A stretch of DNA of 55,154 nt from an uncultured archaeon. GTDB taxonomy: Archaea; Iainarchaeota; Iainarchaeia; Iainarchaeales; VGJJ01. The stretch spans positions 1 through 55,154 of the forward strand of contig CAYIIU010000005.1 in assembly GCA_964363635.1 (NCBI GenBank). Reading direction: 5' to 3'. The position numbers were made by a program, and so were the translations under genes. Every line of letters begins with the position of its first letter. Positions within the stretch are counted from its first letter, which is position 1. Shown here piece by piece: positions 28,830-38,038 of the stretch. The notes beneath the pieces were generated by a model, which was given only the letters and a program-made list of their open reading frames with translations, did not search any database and was not told where the DNA came from.

Positions 28830-29767
28830 TTTTGTTCACGTCCTTTGACGAGCTTGGCGATGAAGAAGGATTGGGTATTGTGATCCTGCGGATACAAACG
28901 GCGGGCGTGCTCCATTCCAGGAGAAAAGGTTCGGTTTCGGAACGCAGACAAGCCGGGACGGCCAATCTTCCCGGGAAGGTCCGCAGGGACTATTTTGAGG
29001 GCGGGTCTTTCGTGAAGAAGGGTGGTAAGGACCCCCTCACATTCCTCAGGGGAGAGGGTGCAGACGCTGTAAACCATACTCCCTCCTTCTTTTAGGAGGT
29101 CGGCTGCCTTCAACGCCAGCTTAACCTGCAATTGGGCTTTGTGCTGGACGTATTTTTCAGACCACGACTTGAGGGTTTGGGGCTTCTTTCGGAGGAGGCC
29201 TTCTCCCGAACAGGGAGCATCCAAGAGGATTTTATCAAAACGAAGAGTTTCAGGGAGCGTTAAAGCGTCTTGCAACGCTACTCCCGCGTTCAACACGCCG
29301 GCTTTGCCCAAAACGAAACGCAGGGCTTTGGCCCTTTCTTTGTTAGGTTCGCACGCGACAATCAACCCTTCATTCTTCATCGCGGAGGCAAGCTGAATGG
29401 TTTTATTTCCGGGCGCCGCGGCCATATCCAACACATGCTCGCCGGGTTGCGCGTCGAGAAGAAGAGGAGGCAATTGCGAGGCCATTTCCTGCGGCTGCCA
29501 AAAACCCATTTGGGTCTCCCACATCGCTCCTAACAAAAAAGACAAATTATGTAATGTAAAAAGATGCGGCACGCTCTCATGCTGTTCAAAGAAAATTTTT
29601 CGCTCCGTTAAACGCGAGGCGATCCACGCGTCACTGGCTTTGAGGGTGTTCGTGCGAATCGTTTTAGGGTTGCGTGATTTTGAAATGGCCACGAACGCAT
29701 CAAAATCTTTTTTCTCGGGAAGGAGCTCACGGTAACGTTCAAGGAGGCGAGCGGAAAATACGGTCAT
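28826..29767 (-). CDS. RsmB/NOL1/NOP2 RNA m5C methyltransferase
   Basis: IRTNTLK, Q..ASQLP, LDMAAAPGNKT, LLDAPCSGEG, YSVCT..PEECE, FFIA. Confidence 0.93.
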   Translation of the reverse strand: MTVFSARLLERYRELLPEKKDFDAFVAISKSRNPKTIRTNTLKASDAWIASRLTERKIFFEQHESVPHLFTLHNLSFLLGAMWETQMGFWQPQEMASQLPPLLLDAQPGEHVLDMAAAPGNKTIQLASAMKNEGLIVACEPNKERAKALRFVLGKAGVLNAGVALQDALTLPETLRFDKILLDAPCSGEGLLRKKPQTLKSWSEKYVQHKAQLQVKLALKAADLLKEGGSMVYSVCTLSPEECEGVLTTLLHERPALKIVPADLPGKIGRPGLSAFRNRTFSPGMEHARRLYPQDHNTQSFFIAKLVKGREQK

Positions 29768-29806
29768 AGAAAATTCACGTGAACCATGGCTTAAAAATAG
29801 AAAGTG

Positions 29807-29834
29807 TTTTGACCAACCTTTTGAGAAAAGATTG
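29807..29834. repeat. Degenerate type-B REP-like palindrome
   Basis: TTTTGAC-CAACCTTTT-GAG-AAAAGATTG. Confidence 0.6.
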
Positions 29835-30037
29835 CGTCCCACAATGAATGAGAAAGTGCCGTATTTGGCAAATGGTGGGAGAATTTCAAGAGTGAAAAAT
29901 ACGTTTTAATACTCTCATACAATTTAGAATACGCTCCCAAAACTGCAGTCTTGAAAAAAGTTCAAGGCTCCCATTGAAATGCACCCATGAGTCGTCCGAA
30001 CCGTTGATGAAATCCAATAAAAAAGGTGGCCCTAGCT

Positions 30038-33000
30038 ATGAATGAAACGCAAATCCAAACCCTCATACCGAACATCAAAAAGAGAAACGGGGCTATCGTT
30101 CCCTTCAATCAGGACAAAGTCACGATTGCCATCGCCAAAGCCATTCATGCCACGGGAAAAGATAATGAAACGGCCGCACTCAAAATTTCGGACAAAGTCA
30201 TCGAACGCATTTCTCAAGAAAAATTAACGAATCCTGAAAATTCCATTCCTACCGTAGAACACATTCAAGACATCGTGGAAGAAGAATTAATGAAAGCCGG
30301 AGAAACCAAAGCCGCGAAAGCCTACATTTTGTATCGCTCGAAACGCACGGAAGAGCGCGAACTCAAACACACCATGTTGGGTTTGAATGTTGACACGAAA
30401 GTTGGAATCAACCAGCTGCGCGTATTGAAAGAACGCTACTTGTTAAAGGACGAAAATGGTCGCGTGAAAGAAACGCCCGAACAATTATGGAAACGCGTCG
30501 CGGGAAATATTGCGCAAGCCGAGCTTCAATACGGCGGCACGGAAGAAACGGTGCAGCACTGGGCGGGGAAATTTGCTACGCTGATGGAAAACATGGAATT
30601 CATGCCCAACACTCCAACGTTGATGAATGCGGGAACCGAAATCCAACAACTCTCAGCGTGTTTTGTGTTACCAATTGAGGATCACATCATTGACATCTAC
30701 GAAACGATGAAGCACCAAGCGATGATCCACCAGTCCGGAGGAGGGACGGGGTTCTCATTCTCACGAATACGGCCTCGCGGAAGCATGGTGAAAAGCACGA
30801 AAGGGGTGGCAACCGGCCCTGTGGGATTCATGAGCGTATACAACGCCTCTACGGAAGTCATCAAGCAAGGTGGAAAAAGACGCGGGGCGAACATGGGAAT
30901 CCTCCGAGTTGATCACCCAGACATCCACGAATTCATTCACTGTAAAGATGACATCACCAAAATTAATAATTTCAATATCTCCGTTGCATTAACGGAAAAA
31001 TTCATGGAAGCCGCGGAAAAAGGAGAAGAATTTGAACTCATCGACCCGCACACCAAACAAGTCGTGAGAAGGGAAAATGCCAAATTGTTGTTTGATGAAC
31101 TTGTAACGAGTGCGTGGAAATCCGGCGACCCGGGAATCATTTTCATCGACCGCATTAATCGCGACAATACTATCCCCCATATTTACGAGATTGAAGCTAC
31201 GAACCCTTGTGTGACGGGGGATACATTGGTGAGTACAGAGAAAGGGTTGATGCGAATAGAAGAACTTGTTGAAGCGTTTGCTACTGACGATATCCAAATT
31301 GGAACAGATCCGCGAATTCCAATTCAAATCATGAATGGAGATGGGACTATCGCTCTTTTGAATCAAACCCAAAATCAAATCAATCTTCGATCCATCTCGC
31401 AAGCATTCTGTAGTGGAATAAAACCTGTTTTCTCAATCACCACGAAATCCGGATATTCTTTAGAAGCGACGAGAGATCATAAAGTGTTTACACATGCAGG
31501 AAAGAAAAGGGTGGATGAATTAATTCCTATTAGAGACCACATTCTCATTCAGTGTGTGGAAGGACCATTTAATCAGGAACAACAGTTACCCTTTGCGAGT
31601 AATACAATAGACCCGGAAAACAAATTAAATCTGCCAACCCATTGGTCAAAGGAACTTGGACAAATCCTTGGGTGGTTAACCGGAGACGGATGGCTTCGTG
31701 CTGGTGATAAAAATTGTCGTGTTGGATTTACCTTTTCAAATGCTGATCGAGCATTATTGGAATACTTCAAACCCCTCATTAATCAAATGTATTGTAAAAA
31801 AATTGAAGAAGTACAACGAGAAAATGGGATTTTCCATCTATCTTATCATTCAAAATATTTTGTTGATTTTTTTATCAAATTGGGCGTCCCTGCAGTAGAT
31901 GGAGATAAAAAAACGGTTCCAGCTCGATTATTTCTGGCTCCGCGCGAAGCAGTCATTGGATATATACAGGGGTTATTTAGTTCAGATGGAACTGTTCGGG
32001 ACAGTAAAAAAAGTGGAAGTGATTGGATTGCACTCTCTTCTAAAAGCGAAAAATTGCTCAAAGGAGTCCAAATTCTCCTACTTAATTTGGGCATTAAATC
32101 AAGAATATTCAATCGTAACCGAAATGCACGAACTCATTTATTCCACTATCAGAATAAACAAGGAGAAATGAAATATTATGGAAGTGATGGAGTATTGTAT
32201 GAATTAGGTATTTTTGGTGAAAATATTGAGACGTTTAAAACAAAAATAGGATTTCTTCACTCCGTCAAACAAAAACGATTGGAAAGCTTACGATTTAAAT
32301 CACACTATTCTGTTTCATTCATGGATGAAGTTATTTCAATCACACCCCTTGGCGAAAAAAAAGTTTTTGATTTAACCGAGCCTGCTACCCATTCAATAAT
32401 TGGAAATGGCATTGTTATGTTGCAGTGCGGCGAACAACCTTTAGGACCATACGATTCATGCAACCTCGGAAGCATCAACCTCGCTAAATATTTGACGAAT
32501 GAAAACCAAGTCGATTGGCCGCGTTTACGTGAGACCATCCGCACCGCGACACGATTCTTGGATAACACGATTGACATGAACAAGTATGTCATCCCCCAAA
32601 TTGAAAAAATGAACAAAGGCAACCGACGCATTGGATTAGGTGTCATGGGCTGGGCCGACATGCTATTCAAACTCGGCATTCCGTACAACTCCGAAGAAGG
32701 CTGTGAGTTCGCCGAAAAAATGGCCAAATTCATCCGCGACGAAACGGATGCGATGTCGCAAGAACTGGGAAGGGAAAAAGGGATGTTCCCCCATATCAAA
32801 GGAAGCGTCTACGACACGCCCGCCGGACCCACGTTTAGAAACTGTGCACGCATCACCATCGCCCCCACGGGAACGATATCCATGATTGCGGATTGTTCCA
32901 GCGGCGTGGAACCATTATTCGCCATTTCGTTTGTAAAGCGTGTGATGGACGGACAAGAATTGCTGTATGTAAATGAAATCTTCAAGGAAGCCGCCATCAA

Positions 33001-33595
33001 ACGCGGATTTTACAGCGAAGAATTGATGGAAAAGATCGCACGTGAAGGGACGGCCGCGCACTGCGAGGAAGTACCGGAAGATGTGCGCAATACTTTCGTG
33101 TGCGCCCACGACATTTCTCCGTATTGGCACATCCGAATGCAAGCCGCGTGGCAAAAATATACCGATAATGCCATTTCAAAGACGGTGAACTTTTCCCACA
33201 ACGCGAGTGTGGATGATGTGCGCGAAGTGTACACGCTCGCGTACAAATTAGGATGCAAAGGCGTTACGATTTACAGGGACGGAAGCAAGGGATTTGAAAA
33301 CCAAGTCTTAAACTTGAACGTGGAAGGAAAATCAAACAAGCAAGTGGAGGACGATTTCAAAACCAAAGTTATGGGAAATACTTCTGCCGGCAATGTGCAA
33401 ACGCTCAGTGGAAATGTATCAACTCCAAAACTCAATACGTCTTCCAATACAAAATATAGCATGCCCGCAAATACCGGCCACGGTGGAGGAAAATTTGAAA
33501 CCAAAAAGTGCACCAAGTGCGGCGGAAATAAATTGCACATGCAAGAAGGGTGCGCGACATGCATGGACTGCGGGTATAGTTATTGCAGCGTTTGA
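30038..33595 (+). CDS. nrdJ: Class II (adenosylcobalamin-dependent) ribonucleotide reductase with ATP cone, intein and C-terminal Zn ribbon
   Basis: IKKRNG ATP cone, PNTPTLMNAG, LSACFV, GGGTG, NP-[intein]-CGEQ, IAPTGT, KGVTIYR, CxxC...CxxC. Confidence 0.95.
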   Translation: MNETQIQTLIPNIKKRNGAIVPFNQDKVTIAIAKAIHATGKDNETAALKISDKVIERISQEKLTNPENSIPTVEHIQDIVEEELMKAGETKAAKAYILYRSKRTEERELKHTMLGLNVDTKVGINQLRVLKERYLLKDENGRVKETPEQLWKRVAGNIAQAELQYGGTEETVQHWAGKFATLMENMEFMPNTPTLMNAGTEIQQLSACFVLPIEDHIIDIYETMKHQAMIHQSGGGTGFSFSRIRPRGSMVKSTKGVATGPVGFMSVYNASTEVIKQGGKRRGANMGILRVDHPDIHEFIHCKDDITKINNFNISVALTEKFMEAAEKGEEFELIDPHTKQVVRRENAKLLFDELVTSAWKSGDPGIIFIDRINRDNTIPHIYEIEATNPCVTGDTLVSTEKGLMRIEELVEAFATDDIQIGTDPRIPIQIMNGDGTIALLNQTQNQINLRSISQAFCSGIKPVFSITTKSGYSLEATRDHKVFTHAGKKRVDELIPIRDHILIQCVEGPFNQEQQLPFASNTIDPENKLNLPTHWSKELGQILGWLTGDGWLRAGDKNCRVGFTFSNADRALLEYFKPLINQMYCKKIEEVQRENGIFHLSYHSKYFVDFFIKLGVPAVDGDKKTVPARLFLAPREAVIGYIQGLFSSDGTVRDSKKSGSDWIALSSKSEKLLKGVQILLLNLGIKSRIFNRNRNARTHLFHYQNKQGEMKYYGSDGVLYELGIFGENIETFKTKIGFLHSVKQKRLESLRFKSHYSVSFMDEVISITPLGEKKVFDLTEPATHSIIGNGIVMLQCGEQPLGPYDSCNLGSINLAKYLTNENQVDWPRLRETIRTATRFLDNTIDMNKYVIPQIEKMNKGNRRIGLGVMGWADMLFKLGIPYNSEEGCEFAEKMAKFIRDETDAMSQELGREKGMFPHIKGSVYDTPAGPTFRNCARITIAPTGTISMIADCSSGVEPLFAISFVKRVMDGQELLYVNEIFKEAAIKRGFYSEELMEKIAREGTAAHCEEVPEDVRNTFVCAHDISPYWHIRMQAAWQKYTDNAISKTVNFSHNASVDDVREVYTLAYKLGCKGVTIYRDGSKGFENQVLNLNVEGKSNKQVEDDFKTKVMGNTSAGNVQTLSGNVSTPKLNTSSNTKYSMPANTGHGGGKFETKKCTKCGGNKLHMQEGCATCMDCGYSYCSV
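31208..32425 (+). mobile_element. Intein (406 aa) with LAGLIDADG homing endonuclease
   Basis: Starts CVTGDT; ATRDH block B; LGWLTGDG and IQGLFSSDG; VFDL..HS..GNGIVMLQ/C; visibly more AT-rich than its flanks. Confidence 0.95.
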
Positions 33596-33737
33596 CCAAA
33601 TTCCATATGGTCGTTCGGAGTAAGGGTCACTTGCTCCGCAAGGACCCAGACGGAAAAAATATTACAGATAACACTTGTGGAGGGGGTTCCCTGTCCGGTT
33701 AACCTTTTGGGGGAAGCCGGATGGGGGCCTCGCCACC
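33594..33737. other. Structured intergenic region (three hairpins) between convergent genes
   Basis: GACCA/TGGTC; CGGAGTAAG/CTTGCTCCG; long G-U-rich stem GTGG..TCCGGTT/AGCCGGA..CCAC. Confidence 0.5.
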
Positions 33738-33752
33738 TATTCTCTTTCCAAA

Positions 33753-34295
33753 TTATAATTTCTTCTCCATCAACAATATTCCCGGTTGCTTTTGAAGTGG
33801 TCCAACAACTACAAAACCGAATCCTGCGTAGTATTGAATAAGTTTATTATTATCTTTGTGAACACTCAATTCGATTTTCGGAATTCCCTGTGCACGGGCG
33901 ATTCCTTCCGTAACATCCAGAAACGTTCGATAAATTTCTAGTCCGCTTGGATTTTCTTTCACGACACGACTATCATTGTTTTTGGTAGCATTAAAACGAA
34001 AAATTCTCTCTGGGGATAAATGAAAAAAGCTTTCACCGATCTCCTCAATTTCCCGCGTTCCGGGGCGCAATGCAAATGTCTTTATCACGTTTTTAGCCAC
34101 TTGACCGGAAATTGCCATTACCCCAATTGGATTCGTATAGAAACGAGCGAATTTCAATCGAGGAAGACCCTTTAAAAAAACAGAACTGGCGCGCAGCCTT
34201 GAAAAAGAAGATGATGAAATACGGCGCAGTGCCGGTTCAGCTGCGGACCTCCTCTTCTGCGATACTACACGAGTGGTCCTATTACGCCTTCTCAT
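33753..34295 (-). CDS. Arg-rich N-terminus plus degenerate GNAT-like domain
   Basis: C-terminal ARAQGIPKIELSV..DN..LIQYY..FGF resembles GNAT motif B. Confidence 0.6.
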   Translation of the reverse strand: MRRRNRTTRVVSQKRRSAAEPALRRISSSSFSRLRASSVFLKGLPRLKFARFYTNPIGVMAISGQVAKNVIKTFALRPGTREIEEIGESFFHLSPERIFRFNATKNNDSRVVKENPSGLEIYRTFLDVTEGIARAQGIPKIELSVHKDNNKLIQYYAGFGFVVVGPLQKQPGILLMEKKL

Positions 34296-34379
34296 GAACC
34301 TACTACCCCACCCGAATAAAAAAAACTACCCTTCAATGGCAGACATCCCTTAAAATAGCTTTTCGAACGTTTAACAGCT

Positions 34380-35702
34380 ATGATACGCACCCACACCTGC
34401 GGAGAACTGCGAAAGGCTCATACCGGACACGTGGTCACACTCGAAGGGTGGGTGGACACGTTCCGCGAGACGGGAAAAATATCCTTCATACTCATACGGG
34501 ACCGAACGGGAATCACGCAAGCATTTGTGAACAAGGAACTCACCGCAGCAAACAAAGCCATGCTCAAACACGAAACCGTGGTGCGAATTCAGGGAAAAGT
34601 CAATGCACGCCCCGCTAATCAAGTGCGCGCGGAAATGCCCACGGGAGAAATAGAATTGGAAGCCACGGTGATTACCATCCTCAATGAGGCCGAACAGCCA
34701 TTGCCCGTGGACTTGATGCCGGAGACCACGACCGGATTGGATAAGCGATTGGACTTTCGTTTCTTGGATGTGCGACGCGAGAAAGTGAAAAACATTTTCA
34801 CCATTCGAAGCAAAATTTTTGCGAAGACGGTGGAGTTTTTTGAAAAAGATGGATTCATCAGCATCCAAACCCCTAAATTGACGGCAGCAGGCGTGGAGAG
34901 CGGAGCCGAAGAATTCAAATTGCCTTATTTTGGAAAAGTTGCCTCATTGGCGCAAAGCCCCCAAATATACAAGCAAATGTTTGTTGTTTCAGGATTAGAA
35001 AAAGTGTACTCCATTGAACCCATTTTCCGCGCGGAGAAATCCCACACGACGAGACATTTAACCGAGTTCACCGGTATTGACTTTGAAATGGGATTCATCG
35101 AGAATGAAAATGATGTGATGGCCGTGATTGAAAAGTATTTTCACTTCTTGTTGAGCGCCGTGAAAACAGAATGCGCTCCGGAGCTGGACAAACTTGGAAT
35201 CGAAATTGATGTGCCGCACGAAATTCCTAAACTTTCGTTGCACGAAGCACGGAAGATTTTGGCCGCGAAAGGAAAAATCATCCCCGAAGACGATGACTTG
35301 GACGCCGAAGGGGAAAAAATGATTGGCGAGTATGTGAAGGAAACGTACAAATCCGATTTTGTTTTCATGCTCGATTACCCTTGGCAAAAAAGACCATTCT
35401 ACCACATGCGACCGGAAAACGATAAAACAAGCACCAAATCATTTGATTTATTGTACAAGGGAGTGGAGATTGGAACGGGAGCGCAACGAGAGCATCGCCT
35501 CGCGGTGTTGGAAGCGCAGTGCGCGGAGAAAGGAATTGACTTTTCAAAAATGACATTTTACCGCGATATTTTCCGCTATGGAGCCCCTCCGCATGGCGGT
35601 GTTGGATTAGGACTCGATCGTATCGTGAAGCAAATGCTCAATCTGGAAAACGTCAAAGAAGCCATTCTTTTGCCGAGAGATCCGGACAGACTGACGCCGT
35701 AG
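34380..35702 (+). CDS. aspS: Aspartyl-tRNA synthetase (archaeal-length catalytic core)
   Basis: LAQSPQIYKQ, FRAE..HT.RHL.EF, GAPPHGG.GLGLDR, PRDP.RL.P. Confidence 0.93.
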   Translation: MIRTHTCGELRKAHTGHVVTLEGWVDTFRETGKISFILIRDRTGITQAFVNKELTAANKAMLKHETVVRIQGKVNARPANQVRAEMPTGEIELEATVITILNEAEQPLPVDLMPETTTGLDKRLDFRFLDVRREKVKNIFTIRSKIFAKTVEFFEKDGFISIQTPKLTAAGVESGAEEFKLPYFGKVASLAQSPQIYKQMFVVSGLEKVYSIEPIFRAEKSHTTRHLTEFTGIDFEMGFIENENDVMAVIEKYFHFLLSAVKTECAPELDKLGIEIDVPHEIPKLSLHEARKILAAKGKIIPEDDDLDAEGEKMIGEYVKETYKSDFVFMLDYPWQKRPFYHMRPENDKTSTKSFDLLYKGVEIGTGAQREHRLAVLEAQCAEKGIDFSKMTFYRDIFRYGAPPHGGVGLGLDRIVKQMLNLENVKEAILLPRDPDRLTP

Positions 35703-35764
35703 AATTTTTATTTTCAAAAATTTTCCTTAGTTTTAAAACGCTTGTGGTACCTCAAGCGTGGCAA

Positions 35765-36121
35765 ATGACTATTCGTTCTTTCGGGGATCAAGAGTGGTTG
35801 GATGAGAAAGGAAATCATGTTCTCTTCATGAATATTTTATTCGATGAAACCGCCAAAAAAATAATCAACTTCAGCGTCATTCAATTCTTCAGGGATTCGA
35901 ATGGGAAGAAGCACCAAGTAATCAAATTCGATTTTTCCCACGGGTGCTACAATATCCATCGCTACTATTTGGGCGAAACAAACCGAACGGAGATGAACCA
36001 TATTGAATTAACACCCGAATTGTACCGAGAAGCAAAGAATATCGTCCGCCAAAATTGGAAAGACTATTCACTAAAATTCCGAGTGCGCTACTTCCCCGAC
36101 GAACTAAAAGGAGAACATTAA
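35765..36121 (+). CDS. Putative toxin (TumE/DUF6516/DUF7718-like)
   Basis: VIKFDFSHG..NIHRYY motif; paired with the downstream HTH gene; start uncertain. Confidence 0.6.
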   Translation: MTIRSFGDQEWLDEKGNHVLFMNILFDETAKKIINFSVIQFFRDSNGKKHQVIKFDFSHGCYNIHRYYLGETNRTEMNHIELTPELYREAKNIVRQNWKDYSLKFRVRYFPDELKGEH

Positions 36122-36138
36122 TATAGAACAAGGAGGTT

Positions 36139-36534
36139 ATGTGTTATATGGCTAAGAAGATAGACCCAACTAAAGTCCTTACCATTATTGTAGGCGGGAA
36201 CTCCGACAAGGACGATGACCGGCTTTTCAACGACCCCCACGAATGGAAAACGCACCCGCGGCACACGGTATATGCACGCACCTACGAAGAATTGCACGAA
36301 ATGCTTTCCCCCGCCAAGATGGACCTGCTCATCGAACTTATGAATTATGACCCGCAGAAAGAAGAAAATATTGGTTTCATCGCCCAGAAAACCAATAGGA
36401 AACGTGAGGCCATCTCCCGGGACCTCCACCGCTTAGCGACCATGAACCTCGTGAAACTAAAAAAAATGGGAAAAACAGTTTTCGTCTCGACCCCCTTCGA
36501 ATCCATCCAGATACAGTTCGCGCAGAAGACGTGA
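36139..36534 (+). CDS. HTH putative antitoxin (HVO_A0114-like)
   Basis: LSPAK..LL..., I..IA....R.REAISRDL..L....LV; GGAGGT RBS. Confidence 0.75.
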   Translation: MCYMAKKIDPTKVLTIIVGGNSDKDDDRLFNDPHEWKTHPRHTVYARTYEELHEMLSPAKMDLLIELMNYDPQKEENIGFIAQKTNRKREAISRDLHRLATMNLVKLKKMGKTVFVSTPFESIQIQFAQKT

Positions 36535-36555
36535 AAGCGCAAAATGCGCAACACA

Positions 36556-36819
36556 TCAATCGTACACGTTCTCGCGCTTCCCGACTTTTACCACTAAAAT
36601 GAGCAGTTTTCCTTGGTCAATATCCGCAATCACACGATAATCGCCCACGCGCATACGATAAAAGTCCACTCCAGAAAGTTTGAAAAAATAAATGAAGGGA
36701 TTTGATTTAGCACGTTCAAGGGAATTCTTAATGCGCTCCTGCATCAAGCGTTCTAATTTGAGAAATTGTTTTTCGGCCAACGGAGTAAATTCAATCGAAT
36801 GAATCACCAGGGGCTTCAT
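36556..36819 (-). CDS. relE: RelE/ParE family toxin
   Basis: A.KQF.KL, YRMRVGDYRVI, VGKRENVY. Confidence 0.92.
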   Translation of the reverse strand: MKPLVIHSIEFTPLAEKQFLKLERLMQERIKNSLERAKSNPFIYFFKLSGVDFYRMRVGDYRVIADIDQGKLLILVVKVGKRENVYD

Positions 36820-37040
36820 AACTTCATCTTCTTTTTCAATTCGTCGAAAGAAACGGATTTGCCATCCCGATAGTCTTTACGACCTTGCTCAATTTCCTTG
36901 AGGGTTTCTTCGTTGAGCAACTTATGGTCTTCGACTAAATCCCAAATCACTCCTTCGTAGGTGTCGCGGTCGTTCATCTTGTGTCTATCAAGCTCTTTCT
37001 TGAGTTCCACACTCACTTGAATGGATGTTTTGGCTGCCAT
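36816..37040 (-). CDS. RelB-like archaeal antitoxin
   Basis: TSIQVS..LK..L...K....TYE.VI..L; ATGA overlap with relE. Confidence 0.85.
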   Translation of the reverse strand: MAAKTSIQVSVELKKELDRHKMNDRDTYEGVIWDLVEDHKLLNEETLKEIEQGRKDYRDGKSVSFDELKKKMKL

Positions 37041-37103
37041 AGTACACTATAGAAGGCAATAGAATAAATAGGTATCTCGAAAAAACGACCCACAGATATC
37101 GGT

Positions 37104-37772
37104 TCACGGAGCAAGTCTTTTTTGCACTTCTTTTTCAAGAGTTTCTAGCGCGCCGTCTATTGAATCATTCAAATCCTTTACTAACTTATGCCGAAGAAGA
37201 AATCGAGCGTGGGGATAATTTGTAGTAAAATCAAGTGCATTTGCTACCTTATTTACTTGCCACGCTCGCTGAGACAAAAAACGCCGTGTATTTCGAATTC
37301 GAACTAAAAACCGATTCAAATATTTGGCGTCTTTTCCCTTAAAATAATAGTTCAACGCTTTTTGGTTTGATGCGATTTCAGATGATCCGAATTTCCAGCC
37401 CCAATTTCCCAATCCTTTAAGCACAAAAAGAGAATCCGCGGGCATTCTTTTTCTACGAACATCAAATACTTCTCGAATAAATGCGAACTGTGCTATATCA
37501 CAAAGGTCGCCAAGTTTTTTGGTATTTGACTCAAACAACGGTGCTACGGAAAGAATATCTTGAAGTTTTGCACGTTCAAAAAAAGGAGTCAATTCGCGAG
37601 CAGTATAACGCACTGACATCATTTGCAAAAGTGCTGGAATTCCCACCGACACAGCAGGGCGAGACCTAACACCTAACACGCTCTTCAGTCTGTGCCTTGT
37701 TTTCGCTTGTCGCTCACGGTTCAACCGTTTCCTCAAGACAGATACGCTATGAACCGCAAGTCTATTTGCCAT
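37104..37772 (-). CDS. Hypothetical basic protein (orphan)
   Basis: 222-aa frame, Arg-rich N-terminus, TTTAAA box about 25 nt upstream. Confidence 0.65.
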   Translation of the reverse strand: MANRLAVHSVSVLRKRLNRERQAKTRHRLKSVLGVRSRPAVSVGIPALLQMMSVRYTARELTPFFERAKLQDILSVAPLFESNTKKLGDLCDIAQFAFIREVFDVRRKRMPADSLFVLKGLGNWGWKFGSSEIASNQKALNYYFKGKDAKYLNRFLVRIRNTRRFLSQRAWQVNKVANALDFTTNYPHARFLLRHKLVKDLNDSIDGALETLEKEVQKRLAP

Positions 37773-38038
37773 CGTGGATGAACAGAGTCCGTATTTTAAA
37801 TCCTCTCGACCCCTTTACATATAGATGCATACCTTATTGAAACACGACGCGAGCGTTTCGCCCTCGGTTTTACTTGTACGCATCAACTCCAATCGGGCCA
37901 TTTCGTAGGCCCCATCCGAAATTGGGGAGATTTCCGCTGGAAATCTCCCGGCCTACCATCCCTTTCTCGGGCTGCCACGCTCAAAAAAGGCCAAATTTTT
38001 AACCAGAATAAACCTACAAACTACGAAACGGTGATACG

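Noticed and set aside
29845-30030. Cobalamin riboswitch or NrdR boxes upstream of nrdJ
   Set aside because: No B12-box or NrdR consensus recognisable by eye.
37851-37982. Hammerhead ribozyme, SRP RNA or RNase P RNA
   Set aside because: GAAAC plus a closing stem is present on the minus strand, but there is no CUGANGA core; SRP helix 8 and RNase P P4 motifs are absent.
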